A stretch of 64,000 bases of DNA, taken from contig JBKPAK010000096.1 in assembly GCA_046726415.1 (NCBI GenBank), forward strand, positions 1-64,000. The letters run 5' to 3'. Source of the DNA: Candidatus Methylomirabilota bacterium (lineage in GTDB: Bacteria > Methylomirabilota > Methylomirabilia > Rokubacteriales > CSP1-6). A model generated the notes under the pieces. It was not told the origin of the DNA and searched no databases. It saw only the letters and a list, made by a program, of their open reading frames with translations. Made by a program: the position numbers and the translations under genes. This document shows, piece by piece, positions 8,861 through 18,556 of this stretch (its first letter is position 1; each line of letters opens with the position of its first letter).

Positions 8861-10201
8861 ATGGATCTGGCAAATCTTCACCTGATGTCGGCGTCGGAGG
8901 CGGCGCGTCTGATCGGCGAAGGTGTCATCAGCTCCGAACAACTCGTCGAGGCGTGTCTGGCGCGTGTACGCGAGCGAGAAGCGAACGTCCAGGCCTGGGC
9001 ATTTCTCGACGCCCGTCACGCCTTGGCGCAGGCCCGCGCCGCCGACGCGTGGCGCAGCGAGGGCCGGGCGATTGGGCCGCTGCACGGGGTGCCGGTGGGC
9101 GTCAAGGACATCATCGACACCGCCGACATGCCGACCGAGAACGGCTCCCCTCTGCACGCCGGGCGCAGCCCGGCCCGTGATGCGGCAGTCGTGGCGATGC
9201 TGCGCGCGGCCGGAGCGGTGATCCTGGGGAAGACGGTGACCACGGAGTTCGCCGGCCGCACCGCGGGGAAGACCCACAATCCGCACCGCCTTGGTCATAC
9301 GCCGGGCGGGTCGTCCAGCGGGTCGGCCGCCGCGGTGGCCGCTGGCATGGCGCCCTTGGCCCTCGGAAGCCAGACGGGCGGCTCCACGATTCGGCCCGCG
9401 TCGTTCTGCGGTGTTTACGGCTTCAAGCCCACGCGCGGTCTCATTCCGCGCCAGGGCATGCTTCGGCTCTCCCAGACGCTGGATCACGTGGGCCTGTTCG
9501 CGCACACCATCGAGGACCTCGCGCTGCTGACCGAGCAGCTCATCGGCCACGAGGAAGGCGACCCCGAGTCGAGGCCGCGGGCTCGCGGCCGCTACCGGGA
9601 GATCGCGGGCGAGGCCCCGCCGCTTCCGCCGATGTTCGCGCTGGTGAGGACGTCCCGGTGGAATCTCGTCGACGCCGACGCCAAGGAGGCATTCGCGGAA
9701 CTGGCCGATCACCTCGGCGGTCGCCTCGAGGAGGTCGAGCTGTCCGAGGCGGCGGCGGAAGCATCCGAGTGGCATCGGATCATCATGGAAGCCGAGATGG
9801 CGGCCAACCTCCGCGCGGAGTGGGACAGGGGGCGCGCGCAACTCTCCGCGTCGCTGCGCGAACGGCTCGAGCGCGGGCGCGTGGTGCCCGCGTTCGACTA
9901 CCTGCGGGCCCGGAGCCGCATCCCCAAGCTGAACGAGAGCTTCGCCGAGCTGTTCGCCCAGCGGTACGACGCCATCCTCACCCCCGCGGCTGCCGGCACC
10001 GCGCCCCCGGACCTTGGCTGCACGGGGGATCCGGCTTTCTGCATTCTCTGGACGCTGTGCGGCATGCCGGCGCTGAGCGTGCCCCTGATGCAGGGCGCGA
10101 ACGGCCTCCCCCTCGGTGTGCAGCTGGTCGGCCCGCGGCATGGCGATGCTCGGCTGCTCCGCACCGCGCACTGGCTGATCGACCACCTCGCGAAGGGCTG
10201 A
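8861..10201 (+). CDS. amidase signature family protein
   Basis: GPLHGVPVGVKD, TPGGSSSGSAAAVA and GSQTGGSTIRPAS (Ser-cisSer-Lys triad). Confidence 0.93.
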   Translation: MDLANLHLMSASEAARLIGEGVISSEQLVEACLARVREREANVQAWAFLDARHALAQARAADAWRSEGRAIGPLHGVPVGVKDIIDTADMPTENGSPLHAGRSPARDAAVVAMLRAAGAVILGKTVTTEFAGRTAGKTHNPHRLGHTPGGSSSGSAAAVAAGMAPLALGSQTGGSTIRPASFCGVYGFKPTRGLIPRQGMLRLSQTLDHVGLFAHTIEDLALLTEQLIGHEEGDPESRPRARGRYREIAGEAPPLPPMFALVRTSRWNLVDADAKEAFAELADHLGGRLEEVELSEAAAEASEWHRIIMEAEMAANLRAEWDRGRAQLSASLRERLERGRVVPAFDYLRARSRIPKLNESFAELFAQRYDAILTPAAAGTAPPDLGCTGDPAFCILWTLCGMPALSVPLMQGANGLPLGVQLVGPRHGDARLLRTAHWLIDHLAKG

Positions 10202-10322
10202 GGCCGAGGGACGGTCGCCGGCCACGACCCGCCGGAAGCCTCGGCATCGCGCGAACGGCTCCCTCTCCCAGGCTCCGTCGGACGCCGTCCACCTTGTGGG
10301 CGTGTGGTATCCTACGCCGGGC

Positions 10323-10772
10323 ATGGCGGCTGACTTGCGTCGTTTTTTCGAGGACATAGAAGTCGGCGAGGAGTACGAATCCCCCGGTCGAACGGTCACG
10401 GAGACGGACGTCGTGATCTTCGCCGGTCTATCCGGCGACTACAACGTGGTCCACACCGATGCCGAATTCATGAAGGCCTCAATCTTCGGCGAAAGGATTG
10501 CCCACGGCCTCCTCGGCCTGGCTATCCAGTCCGGCCTGTTCAGCCGCGCCACCCGCCCCTTCGCGACCTTGGCGCTCGCCGGGCTCCGCTGGAAGTTCAA
10601 GGCCCCTGTCAAGATGGGAGATACTATCCGGCTCCGCGCACGGGTGATGGCCAAGCAGGAGACTTCCAAGCCGGACTGCGGCATGGTGACCGTGGCGCGA
10701 ACGATCCTCAATCAGCGCGACGAAGTCGTGCAGGAGGGAGAGACGGACGTCCTGGTGGAGCGTCGCGCGTGA
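10323..10772 (+). CDS. MaoC/hotdog-fold dehydratase
   Basis: FEDIEVG...RTVTETD...FAGLSGDYNVVHTD...FGERIAHG. Confidence 0.9.
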   Translation: MAADLRRFFEDIEVGEEYESPGRTVTETDVVIFAGLSGDYNVVHTDAEFMKASIFGERIAHGLLGLAIQSGLFSRATRPFATLALAGLRWKFKAPVKMGDTIRLRARVMAKQETSKPDCGMVTVARTILNQRDEVVQEGETDVLVERRA

Positions 10773-11197
10773 GCGGCGCTCAGGCCGAGCACCGCGCCTA
10801 CTTCGAGGACGTGCAGGTCGGCGACCAGATGGAGACGCCAGCCATGACCGTGACCGAAGCGCATGTCAGCTTGTACCGTGGACTGACTGGCGACGACAGC
10901 GCGCCGCCTGGCACCGTGCCCGATCTGCTACCGCTGTGCCTGTCCACCGGTCTCGGCTGGCGCCTGGCGCGGGCGCCGCTGGCGGTGCTGGCCTTCATGA
11001 GCATCGACTGGGAGATCGTGCAGGCGGCGCATGTGGGCGACACCATCCACAGCCGCGCGCGCACGGCCATCAAGCGCTCCCTGCGCGAGGGCGGCGTCAT
11101 CATCGAAGAGCACGCGATCGTCGATCAGCGGGGTGACGTCATCCAGAAGGGACGCTTCGTTTTCCTCGTCGCCAAGCGGCCGGCGACCTCACCATGA
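10769..11197 (+). CDS. MaoC-like hotdog-fold protein lacking the catalytic D-x4-H motif
   Basis: YFEDVQVGD...TVTEAHV...LTGD; GTGA overlap with the upstream gene. Confidence 0.75.
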   Translation: MSGAQAEHRAYFEDVQVGDQMETPAMTVTEAHVSLYRGLTGDDSAPPGTVPDLLPLCLSTGLGWRLARAPLAVLAFMSIDWEIVQAAHVGDTIHSRARTAIKRSLREGGVIIEEHAIVDQRGDVIQKGRFVFLVAKRPATSP

Positions 11198-11215
11198 TTC
11201 GCGAAGGAGGTAGCG

Positions 11216-12889
11216 ATGCCATTTGATCCTCGACACGCCAGCCGCACGCTTGTGGACGGCCCGGACCGTGCCGCCGCGCGCAGCTATTTCAAGGCCGTCG
11301 GCTTCACCGACGAAGACCTCGCGCGCCCGCTCATCGGCGTGGCCCACTGCTGGATCGAGATCACGCCGTGCAACTGGAACCACCAGAAGCTGGCGGAGAA
11401 GGTCAAGGCCGGTGTCCGCGCCGCCGGGGGCACCCCGATCGAGTTCAATACCATCTCCGTGACCGATGGCATCGCCATGGGCACCGAGGGCATGAAAGCC
11501 TCGCTCATCAGTCGCGACTGGATCGCCGACTCGGTCGAACTCGTCACGCGGGGGCACCTCCTCGACGGTCTGGTGACTCTCACCGGCTGTGACAAGACGA
11601 TCCCCGCGATGGTCATGGCCATGGCCCGCCTCAACATCCCTAGCGTCATGCTGTACGGCGGCTCCATCATGTACGGGGAGCACCGGGGCCGCCGGCTGAC
11701 CGTGCAGGATGTCTTCGAGGCCATCGGGGCGTTCAACGCGGGCAAGATCGACGCCGCCGAGCTGAATGCCGTCGAGAGCCGCGCCTGTCCGGGCGCCGGG
11801 GCCTGTGGCGGTCAGTTCACCGCCAATACCATGGCCACCGCCTTCGAGATGCTCGGCGTCTCGCCCATGGGCTGGAACGGCGTCCCTGCGGTCGACCCAC
11901 GCAAGGACGAGGTCGCCTTCGAAACCGGTCGGCTGGTGATGGACGTCCTCCGCAAGGGCCTCCAGCCGCGCGCCATCATCACTAAGAAGGCGCTCCAGAA
12001 TGCCATTGCTGGTGTCATGGCCACTGGCGGCTCCACCAACGCCGTCCTGCACCTGATGGCGGTGGCGCGCGAGGCGGGAGTCAAGCTCACCATCGATGAG
12101 TTCGACCGGATCTCGCGGCGCACGCCGCTCCTCGCAGATCTCAAACCGTGGGGCGCCTACACCGCGCCCGAAATGTACGAAGCCGGGGGAATGGCGATCG
12201 TGGCCCAACGCCTGATGGCCGCCGGACTCCTCAATGAGGGCGAGATCACTGTCACCGGACGCACCATCGCCGAGGAAGCCCGGGTAGCTCGGGAGGCGCC
12301 CGGTCAGAAGGTCATTCACACCCTTAACGATCCCATCAAACCGGAAGGGGGCATCGTGATTCTCAGGGGCAACTTGGCGCCTGAGGGCTGCGTGGCCAAG
12401 GTCTCTGGGCAAAAGCGCGACTTCCACCGCGGCCCGGCGCGCATCTTCGACCGCGAGGAGGACGCTTTCCAGGCGGTGAAGGCGGGGAAGATCAAGCCCA
12501 ACGACGTGGTGGTGATCCGTTGGGAGGGGCCCAAGGGCGGACCGGGAATGCGCGAGATGCTTCACGTTACCGGCGCCATCCAAGGAGCGGGCTTGGGCGA
12601 TAGCGTCGCTCTGATGACCGATGGCCGCTTCTCCGGGGCCACCCACGGCTTCATGATCGGTCACATCGCGCCCGAGGCGGCTGACGGCGGGCCGATTGCG
12701 GCGATCAAGAACGGCGACACCATCGCCATCGATATCAAGAAACGCAAGCTCGACGTGGAACTTACGGCGTCTGAGATCAAAACTCGGTTGAAGGCGGTCA
12801 AGCCACCTCGGCTGCGCTACACTTGGGGTGTCATGGCCAAGTATGCCCGGCTCGTTTCCTCGGCTTCCGAAGGTGCCGTCACGGGTTAG
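11216..12889 (+). CDS. ilvD: dihydroxy-acid dehydratase
   Basis: TPCNWN, SVTDG, GCDKT, GACGGQFTANTM, GGSTN, EGPKGGPGMREM and TDGRFSG motifs. Confidence 0.96.
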   Translation: MPFDPRHASRTLVDGPDRAAARSYFKAVGFTDEDLARPLIGVAHCWIEITPCNWNHQKLAEKVKAGVRAAGGTPIEFNTISVTDGIAMGTEGMKASLISRDWIADSVELVTRGHLLDGLVTLTGCDKTIPAMVMAMARLNIPSVMLYGGSIMYGEHRGRRLTVQDVFEAIGAFNAGKIDAAELNAVESRACPGAGACGGQFTANTMATAFEMLGVSPMGWNGVPAVDPRKDEVAFETGRLVMDVLRKGLQPRAIITKKALQNAIAGVMATGGSTNAVLHLMAVAREAGVKLTIDEFDRISRRTPLLADLKPWGAYTAPEMYEAGGMAIVAQRLMAAGLLNEGEITVTGRTIAEEARVAREAPGQKVIHTLNDPIKPEGGIVILRGNLAPEGCVAKVSGQKRDFHRGPARIFDREEDAFQAVKAGKIKPNDVVVIRWEGPKGGPGMREMLHVTGAIQGAGLGDSVALMTDGRFSGATHGFMIGHIAPEAADGGPIAAIKNGDTIAIDIKKRKLDVELTASEIKTRLKAVKPPRLRYTWGVMAKYARLVSSASEGAVTG

Positions 12890-13508
12890 CCCGCGGCTGC
12901 TCTCCCTGCTGGACCCCGAGCCGCTCTCTGCGGCGAACATCCTGGACGTGGGGACAGGACGGGGCTCGCTCGCCCTCGCCCTCGCCCCGAGATGCCGCCG
13001 GGTGACGGGCATCGATCGGGATGGAGCCGCCATCGAGGAGGCTCGGCGTCGCGCTCGGATCGCCGGCGCCGACAACGCGGAGTTCGTCGTGACCGACGCG
13101 GAGAGCGGCGAATACACGGCGTTCGCTCCGGATTTTGTGGTCGCGCATCTCTGCATGTCCGATGCGATCGTCGAGCGAGCGAGTCGGGCCCTCGCGCCCG
13201 GCGGGGTGCTCGCCTTCGTCGCCTTTCACGCCGAGCAGTGGCAGGAGACAGGTCGCCGCTCGCGCTTCGCCTACGACGAGGAGCAGATGGCCGCGCTCCT
13301 GGCGAGAACAGGTTTCGCGAGTGAGAGTCTAGAAGTCGACCGGGAAGTCCAGCGGTTCGCTACCATCGAAGAGGGCTTAGTTGCGGCGGTGGGCCTCGAG
13401 GAGAAGTGGCGAACCGACGGGCGCTGGTTCCGCTACATCCGGTTTCTCGAAGAGGGCGGGCGCACGTTGACGCGCGCCCATCTCGTGGTGAAGGCGCGCC
13501 GCCAGTGA
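12873..13508 (+). CDS. class I SAM-dependent methyltransferase
   Basis: ILDVGTGRG motif I, GID and DAE; start is approximate (GTG 12873). Confidence 0.8.
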   Translation: MPSRVSPRLLSLLDPEPLSAANILDVGTGRGSLALALAPRCRRVTGIDRDGAAIEEARRRARIAGADNAEFVVTDAESGEYTAFAPDFVVAHLCMSDAIVERASRALAPGGVLAFVAFHAEQWQETGRRSRFAYDEEQMAALLARTGFASESLEVDREVQRFATIEEGLVAAVGLEEKWRTDGRWFRYIRFLEEGGRTLTRAHLVVKARRQ

Positions 13509-14569
13509 ATCTGAGCACCGTGGCGCTCTCCGCCGCCGTGAGGGCGCAGGGAGAAGCTCTTGGCTTCACCGGCATGGCGATCGGGCCGGCCTCGCCACCC
13601 GAGCACGGGGCGGCGTTCCAGGCGTGGCTCGAGGCCGGTTACGCGGGCACGATGACCTATCTGGCCCGGGGACGGACGGAGCGGCTCGACCCTCAGCGGC
13701 TTCTTCCCGGAGCGCGCTCGGTGGTGGCCGTGGCCTTGAGCCATGGCGCGGGCGATGGGGACGATCCCAGCTGGGCGCCGGTGGCGCGCTACGCGCGTGG
13801 CCTCGACTACCACGAGGTGATGCGGCCGATGCTGCAGCGGCTGGCTAGCTTCATCCGTGAAGCGGCCGGCGATGGGGCCGAGACGCGCGTGGCCGTCGAC
13901 ACGAGCGCCGTGCTGGAGCGGGATCTGGCCGCTCAGGCGGGGCTCGGGTGGATCGGCAAGAACACGAACCTCCTGGCCCCGGGACTGGGCTCGTACTTTC
14001 TCATCGGGATCCTGCTGACCACGGCCGATCTCGAGCCCGACGCGCGCCTGCCCGACCGTTGCGGAAGCTGCACGGCGTGTCTCGAGGCCTGTCCAACGAA
14101 CGCCTTTGTGGCGCCATACGTGCTCGACGCCCGACGCTGCATCTCGTACCTCACCATCGAACACCGCGGGGACATCGCCGAGGAGTTGCGCGACCAGCTC
14201 CATGGCTGGGTGTTCGGCTGCGACATCTGCCAGGAGGTGTGCCCCTGGAACCGCAAAGCTGCTGCGCCGCGAGCCTCCGCCCTCGCTCCAACCGCGCCGT
14301 TCGGCGAGGTCGAGAGTCTGCTCGCGCTCGACGACGCCGGTTTTCGCGAGCGATTCCGAGGCCGCGCCATCCGGCGAAGCAAGCGGAGCGGACTGCTGCG
14401 CAACGCCGCCCTCGTCCTCGCTGAGCGGGACGGCAGTCAGGCCCTGGAGCACGCCAGCACCGACGCCGACGAGGTGGTGCGACGTGCCGCGCAGTGGCGG
14501 CTGGCGAGTAAATCCGCTCCGCGTCCCCGGGCCGCCGACGCGCACCCGAAGCGCGGCGGTCCGCAGTGA
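13505..14569 (+). CDS. queG: tRNA epoxyqueuosine(34) reductase
   Basis: ARYARGLDYH, VDT...LER, GLGWIGKN, CGSCTACLEACPT, RCISYLTIE and FGCDICQEVCPWN motifs. Confidence 0.95.
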   Translation: MNLSTVALSAAVRAQGEALGFTGMAIGPASPPEHGAAFQAWLEAGYAGTMTYLARGRTERLDPQRLLPGARSVVAVALSHGAGDGDDPSWAPVARYARGLDYHEVMRPMLQRLASFIREAAGDGAETRVAVDTSAVLERDLAAQAGLGWIGKNTNLLAPGLGSYFLIGILLTTADLEPDARLPDRCGSCTACLEACPTNAFVAPYVLDARRCISYLTIEHRGDIAEELRDQLHGWVFGCDICQEVCPWNRKAAAPRASALAPTAPFGEVESLLALDDAGFRERFRGRAIRRSKRSGLLRNAALVLAERDGSQALEHASTDADEVVRRAAQWRLASKSAPRPRAADAHPKRGGPQ

Positions 14570-14695
14570 GCCCGAGGGCTGCGCCGTGCAGGGGCTGCGG
14601 CCGGTGATCCGGCTCTCGCGAGGCGTTCGGCGATCATGCCGGGAGGCGTTCCTCCCTGCCGGCAATTTTCCCGCCATGCTACACTTTTCAATGCC

Positions 14696-15244
14696 ATGGC
14701 GATTTTGAAGGTTGCTCGGCTTGGGCATCCGGTACTGCGCCAGGTCGCGCATCCAGTGGAGCTCGAGTGCATCCGTTCCGCGGAGGTCCAGCGCATCATC
14801 GACGACATGGTTGAGACGATGCGCGAGTACGACGGTGCCGGCCTGGCCGCGCCCCAGGTCCACACGCTGCTGCAGATCGCGGTCATCGAGGTGGCAGGCA
14901 ATGCCCGGTACCCCGACGCGCCGCATATCCCGCTCACCGTCCTCATCAATCCCGTGGTGACCACGCTCACCGAGGAGATGGAGTACGGATGGGAGGGCTG
15001 CCTCTCCGTCCCGGATCTGCGCGGTATGGTGCCCCGCTACACGGCGGTGCGTCTGCAGGGTCACGACCGCGACGGTCAGCGGGTGGACATGGTCGCCAAG
15101 GACTTTTTCGCGCGGGTCCTCCAGCACGAGGTCGATCACCTGCAAGGCATCGTCTACGTGGACCGCATGCGCGACCTCTCCACACTGTCCCACATCGCCG
15201 AGTGGAAGCGGCACTGGCTCGGCTTGAAGGAGCAGGAGGATTAG
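14696..15244 (+). CDS. def: peptide deformylase
   Basis: GAGLAAPQV, EGCLSVP and QHEVDHLQG motifs. Confidence 0.96.
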   Translation: MAILKVARLGHPVLRQVAHPVELECIRSAEVQRIIDDMVETMREYDGAGLAAPQVHTLLQIAVIEVAGNARYPDAPHIPLTVLINPVVTTLTEEMEYGWEGCLSVPDLRGMVPRYTAVRLQGHDRDGQRVDMVAKDFFARVLQHEVDHLQGIVYVDRMRDLSTLSHIAEWKRHWLGLKEQED

Positions 15245-15314
15245 TCCAGCCGGCCCAGGGACGCAGTCGGCAACGGCGCCGGCACGGGCGGAGGACAGGG
15301 CGTCGGACGGGAAC

Positions 15315-15647
15315 GTGGTGGCCGTGCTGAAGGATCTCTTCTTTGTCGCTCGAATCCGCGAGACCGCCCGCCTGGCTGCGGTCGCTTTGGTATTCGCACG
15401 GACTGTCGAAGAACTGAAGCGGGTGATCACGCCCTCGACGAGGTTTGCCCTCGTCGACCTGACTTCTGACCTCGACTACGCGCAGATCTTCCGGCAACTC
15501 GAACAGGCCCATATTCCCGCTCTCGGTTTCACCACCCATGCCCTCGCGCGCCAGACCCAACCGCTGCACGCGCACTGCCGCCGTGTGGTCACCAAGGAGA
15601 CGCTCACCCGGGAGCTGGGTGTGCTGCTTCAGAGAGGGCTCCCGTGA
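15315..15647 (+). CDS. small protein with a degenerate receiver-like fold
   Basis: VLKDLFFVARIRETA...ALVDL...LGFTTH; GTGA overlap with the next gene. Confidence 0.55.
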   Translation: MVAVLKDLFFVARIRETARLAAVALVFARTVEELKRVITPSTRFALVDLTSDLDYAQIFRQLEQAHIPALGFTTHALARQTQPLHAHCRRVVTKETLTRELGVLLQRGLP

Positions 15648-16303
15648 ACGCCGACGAATTCGTGGCTAAGCTGGACGGCGACAACCAGGCGTTGCTGGAG
15701 CGCCTCGCGCCCGCCGCCACCCTGAAGCCCGAGGTGGATGGCGATCTCACCGTGATGAATCTGCTCAAGGTGGCGCTGAAGAACGAGATCGAGGCCACGG
15801 AGATCGCCGCGCGGTGGCTGGTGACGACGGATGAGGTGCCGGTCAAGCTCGCGCTGGCCCGTCAGGTCGGCGACGAGGCCAAGCACTACCGGCTGATCGG
15901 AGATCGGCTGAGTGCCCTCGGCTTCGCCGCGACGTCCTTCGATCCCCTGGCCAAGGGCTATGGCCCGCTGTTCCAGTACCTCGACACGCTCCGGAGCACG
16001 GTGGAGCGCGTGGCTGCGGGACAGTTCACACGGGAGGCCATCGCCATCGTCAAGAATCGCCAGTTCATCGAGTTCTGCGAGGCGGCGGGAGATGCCGAGA
16101 CGGCGCGGCTGTACCGCGACGTGATCGAGCCGGATGAGCGACATCACCACGAGCTGGGGCGCGCGTTGCTGCGCTCGCTGGCCACCACGCCCGAGGCGCA
16201 GCGCGCGGCGGCGCGGGCCGCGCGCCGTACCCTCGAGCTGGCCGAGGAGCTGCAGAACCAGGTCCTCGCCAGCGCGGGCATCCATCACGCTCCCGGCTGC
16301 TGA
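15644..16303 (+). CDS. ferritin-like di-iron domain protein
   Basis: Two ExxH motifs (DEAKH, DERHH) with upstream NEIEA and REAIA glutamates. Confidence 0.75.
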   Translation: MNADEFVAKLDGDNQALLERLAPAATLKPEVDGDLTVMNLLKVALKNEIEATEIAARWLVTTDEVPVKLALARQVGDEAKHYRLIGDRLSALGFAATSFDPLAKGYGPLFQYLDTLRSTVERVAAGQFTREAIAIVKNRQFIEFCEAAGDAETARLYRDVIEPDERHHHELGRALLRSLATTPEAQRAAARAARRTLELAEELQNQVLASAGIHHAPGC

Positions 16304-16311
16304 CTGGTATC

Positions 16312-17136
16312 GTGATGGACATCGCCCGTGCCTTCGGGGAGCTCATCCGGGTTCCCGAGTCGGAGATCGACCTCGCCCTGGGCGCGCTCAGCATCGCCCG
16401 CATCCAACATCCGCATCTGATCGCGGCCCACTCGCTCAAGCAGCTGGACGAGCTGGCCTTCCGCTCCGGGGCGGCGCGTCTGGGTGACGAGCTGCGCATC
16501 GTCCATCGCCTGCGCGAGTTTCTCTTCGCGGAGGAGGGTTTTCGCGGCAACGCCGACGACTACTACGATCCCCGGAACAGCTGCCTGAACGACGTCCTGG
16601 ACCGAAAGGTGGGCATCCCAATCACCCTGGCCGTCGTCATGATGGAAGTCGGCGCCCGGGTGGGTCTCTCCATCCAGGGCATCGGCCTGCCCGGGCACTT
16701 CGTGGTGAGCGCGCAGGTGGGGGCGGACGCCGTCCTGCTCGACCCGTTCAACGGGGGCGCGGTGCTTACCCTGGACGGCGCCCACAGGGTGGTGGCCCGC
16801 GCAGTGGGGAGATCCGTGAAGTTGACCGAGGCGAGCTTCCTGCCGTGCTCGCGGCGGCAAATCCTCACGCGGATGCTCAACAACCTCAAGGCCATTTACG
16901 TGAGCCGGCGCGAGTGGACCCGGGCGATCGAGGCGATCGAGTGCCTGCTCGTCGTCGAGTCCGACTCATGGGCCCACGTGCGCGACCGCGGGTCGGTGCT
17001 CGTCAAGCTCGGTCAGTTCCGCCGTGGCGTGGCAGATTGGGAGCGGTATCTAGCTCAGAATCCCGCGGCGCCCGATGCCGAGGCCGTGCGCCAGCAGCTC
17101 CGGCGAGTCCGCGAAGGCCTCGCCGCGCTCAACTGA
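16312..17136 (+). CDS. SirB1 family transglutaminase-like/TPR protein
   Basis: GFRGNADDYYDPRNSCLNDVLDRKVGIPITL, GIGLPGHF, DPF and RMLNNLK motifs. Confidence 0.92.
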   Translation: MMDIARAFGELIRVPESEIDLALGALSIARIQHPHLIAAHSLKQLDELAFRSGAARLGDELRIVHRLREFLFAEEGFRGNADDYYDPRNSCLNDVLDRKVGIPITLAVVMMEVGARVGLSIQGIGLPGHFVVSAQVGADAVLLDPFNGGAVLTLDGAHRVVARAVGRSVKLTEASFLPCSRRQILTRMLNNLKAIYVSRREWTRAIEAIECLLVVESDSWAHVRDRGSVLVKLGQFRRGVADWERYLAQNPAAPDAEAVRQQLRRVREGLAALN

Positions 17137-17140
17137 GGAG

Positions 17141-18442
17141 ATGCCGATGTCGAGCTCGCGGCTCGTGCCCCAGCGCGTCCTCGCGTGGCTCCTGATCGTC
17201 AGCCTGCTCGTCCCGGCTTGCGCCTCGCGGAACGTGCCGCCCATCGGACACGCGGGCCAACCCTTTAAGCCCGAAGCCGATGAGGTGGCGCTCTGGAACC
17301 AGGCCGAGAAGGAAGAGGAGGCGCTTCTCAAGAAGAGCAAGCCCTATGAAGATCCTCTCCTGGAAGAGTACCTGGGGCAGATCGGGGACCGGCTCCTGCC
17401 CGAGAGCGTCAAGGCGGCGGGTGGTCCCGGCTACCGCTTCGGCGTCATTCGCGATCCGACCTTGAACGCCTTCGCCATGCCCAACGGGCGCATCTACATT
17501 CATACCGGGCTCCTGGCTCAGGTGCAGAACGAGTCGCAGTTGGCCGCCATCATCGGCCACGAGATGACTCACGTCACCAATCGCCACGCCCTGAAGTTCA
17601 CGCGCGACGCCCAGACCAAGCAGATCATCTACACCGTGGCCGCCATCGCCGCGAGCATCGGGGTGGCGGCGGCCGCCGGCTCCATGAGCAGGAACAGCCC
17701 AGTGGGCGGTGCCGTGCTCGGCCAGACCGCCAACGCCATCCTGGGGCTCGGCCTCCAGCTGGCCACCATCGCCGCCATCAACGGCTACGGGCGCGACCTG
17801 GAGCGCGAGGCCGATGCCGAGGGATTGGATCGCATGGTGAACGCGGGCTACGACCCCAAGGAGGCGCCCAAGGTCTTCGCGCTCCTGAAGGACAGCGGTG
17901 GCGAACGCGGCGCTCTGGAGACCTTCTTCTTCGGCAGTCACCCGCGCCTCGACGAGCGGATTGCCGATACCCAGGAGTTGGTGAAGACCAGGTATGCCGC
18001 GGCCGCCGGGGCGTCGTCGGTGGTGGTCAACAGCGAGGAGTTCGAGTTGCGCATGCGCACGGTGGTACGCGACAACGCGCGGCTCGACATCGCGGCCGGA
18101 CGCTTCGGGCTGGCCCAGAAGCAGCTCGACCGGGTGCTCACCATCACGCCGAGAGACCCCGTGGCTCAGCTCTACTATGGCGACCTCTATCGGCTGCAAG
18201 CGCAGCGGGCCACGTCACCCCTGGACAAGGCAGAGTTGGCCCACAAAGCTCTCGAGCGCTATCGCCGCTCCGCCGAGCTCGACCCGAAGTTCCCCGATCC
18301 TTACCGCCAGCTCGGTCTGCTCTACTACCAACAGCGCCTCCCCGACCGCGCGCGCGAGGCCTTCCGCGAGTACCTGGCGCTGAAGCCGGATGCCCCTGAC
18401 GCCAAGCGCATACGGGAGTACATGGTGGAGCTGGAGCGCTAA
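17141..18442 (+). CDS. M48 family metalloprotease (BepA-like lipoprotein) with TPR repeats
   Basis: NAFAMPNG, HEMTH, EREAD and SHP motifs; lipobox-like VPAC; C-terminal TPRs. Confidence 0.9.
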   Translation: MPMSSSRLVPQRVLAWLLIVSLLVPACASRNVPPIGHAGQPFKPEADEVALWNQAEKEEEALLKKSKPYEDPLLEEYLGQIGDRLLPESVKAAGGPGYRFGVIRDPTLNAFAMPNGRIYIHTGLLAQVQNESQLAAIIGHEMTHVTNRHALKFTRDAQTKQIIYTVAAIAASIGVAAAAGSMSRNSPVGGAVLGQTANAILGLGLQLATIAAINGYGRDLEREADAEGLDRMVNAGYDPKEAPKVFALLKDSGGERGALETFFFGSHPRLDERIADTQELVKTRYAAAAGASSVVVNSEEFELRMRTVVRDNARLDIAAGRFGLAQKQLDRVLTITPRDPVAQLYYGDLYRLQAQRATSPLDKAELAHKALERYRRSAELDPKFPDPYRQLGLLYYQQRLPDRAREAFREYLALKPDAPDAKRIREYMVELER

Positions 18443-18556
18443 ACTCGCAGCTGCTGAGTAGGGCCCATCTGCTTCGTTGGCGCCCTCGGCCGCGCGCTCA
18501 GCGGAGAGACGGCGCCTCGTGCGGTCGCCAGGCGCTGCCACGCTCCAAGAAGTTTC
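18443..18556. repeat. imperfect long hairpin between convergent genes (MITE/REP-like or bidirectional terminator)
   Basis: ggcgcc and cggccgcgcg (18479-18496) pair with cgtgcggtcg and ggcgct (18518-18536), allowing G:U. Confidence 0.45.

Noticed and set aside
8861-10201. gatA
   Set aside because: No gatB or gatC nearby, and its position behind a TRAP transporter suggests a catabolic amidase
7481-10399. 972-aa minus-strand ORF, and similar long shadow ORFs (11189-13156, 13433-15430, 35242-36963, 48226-50040)
   Set aside because: They lie antisense to well-supported genes and show no recognisable motifs; long open antisense frames are expected at this GC content and codon bias
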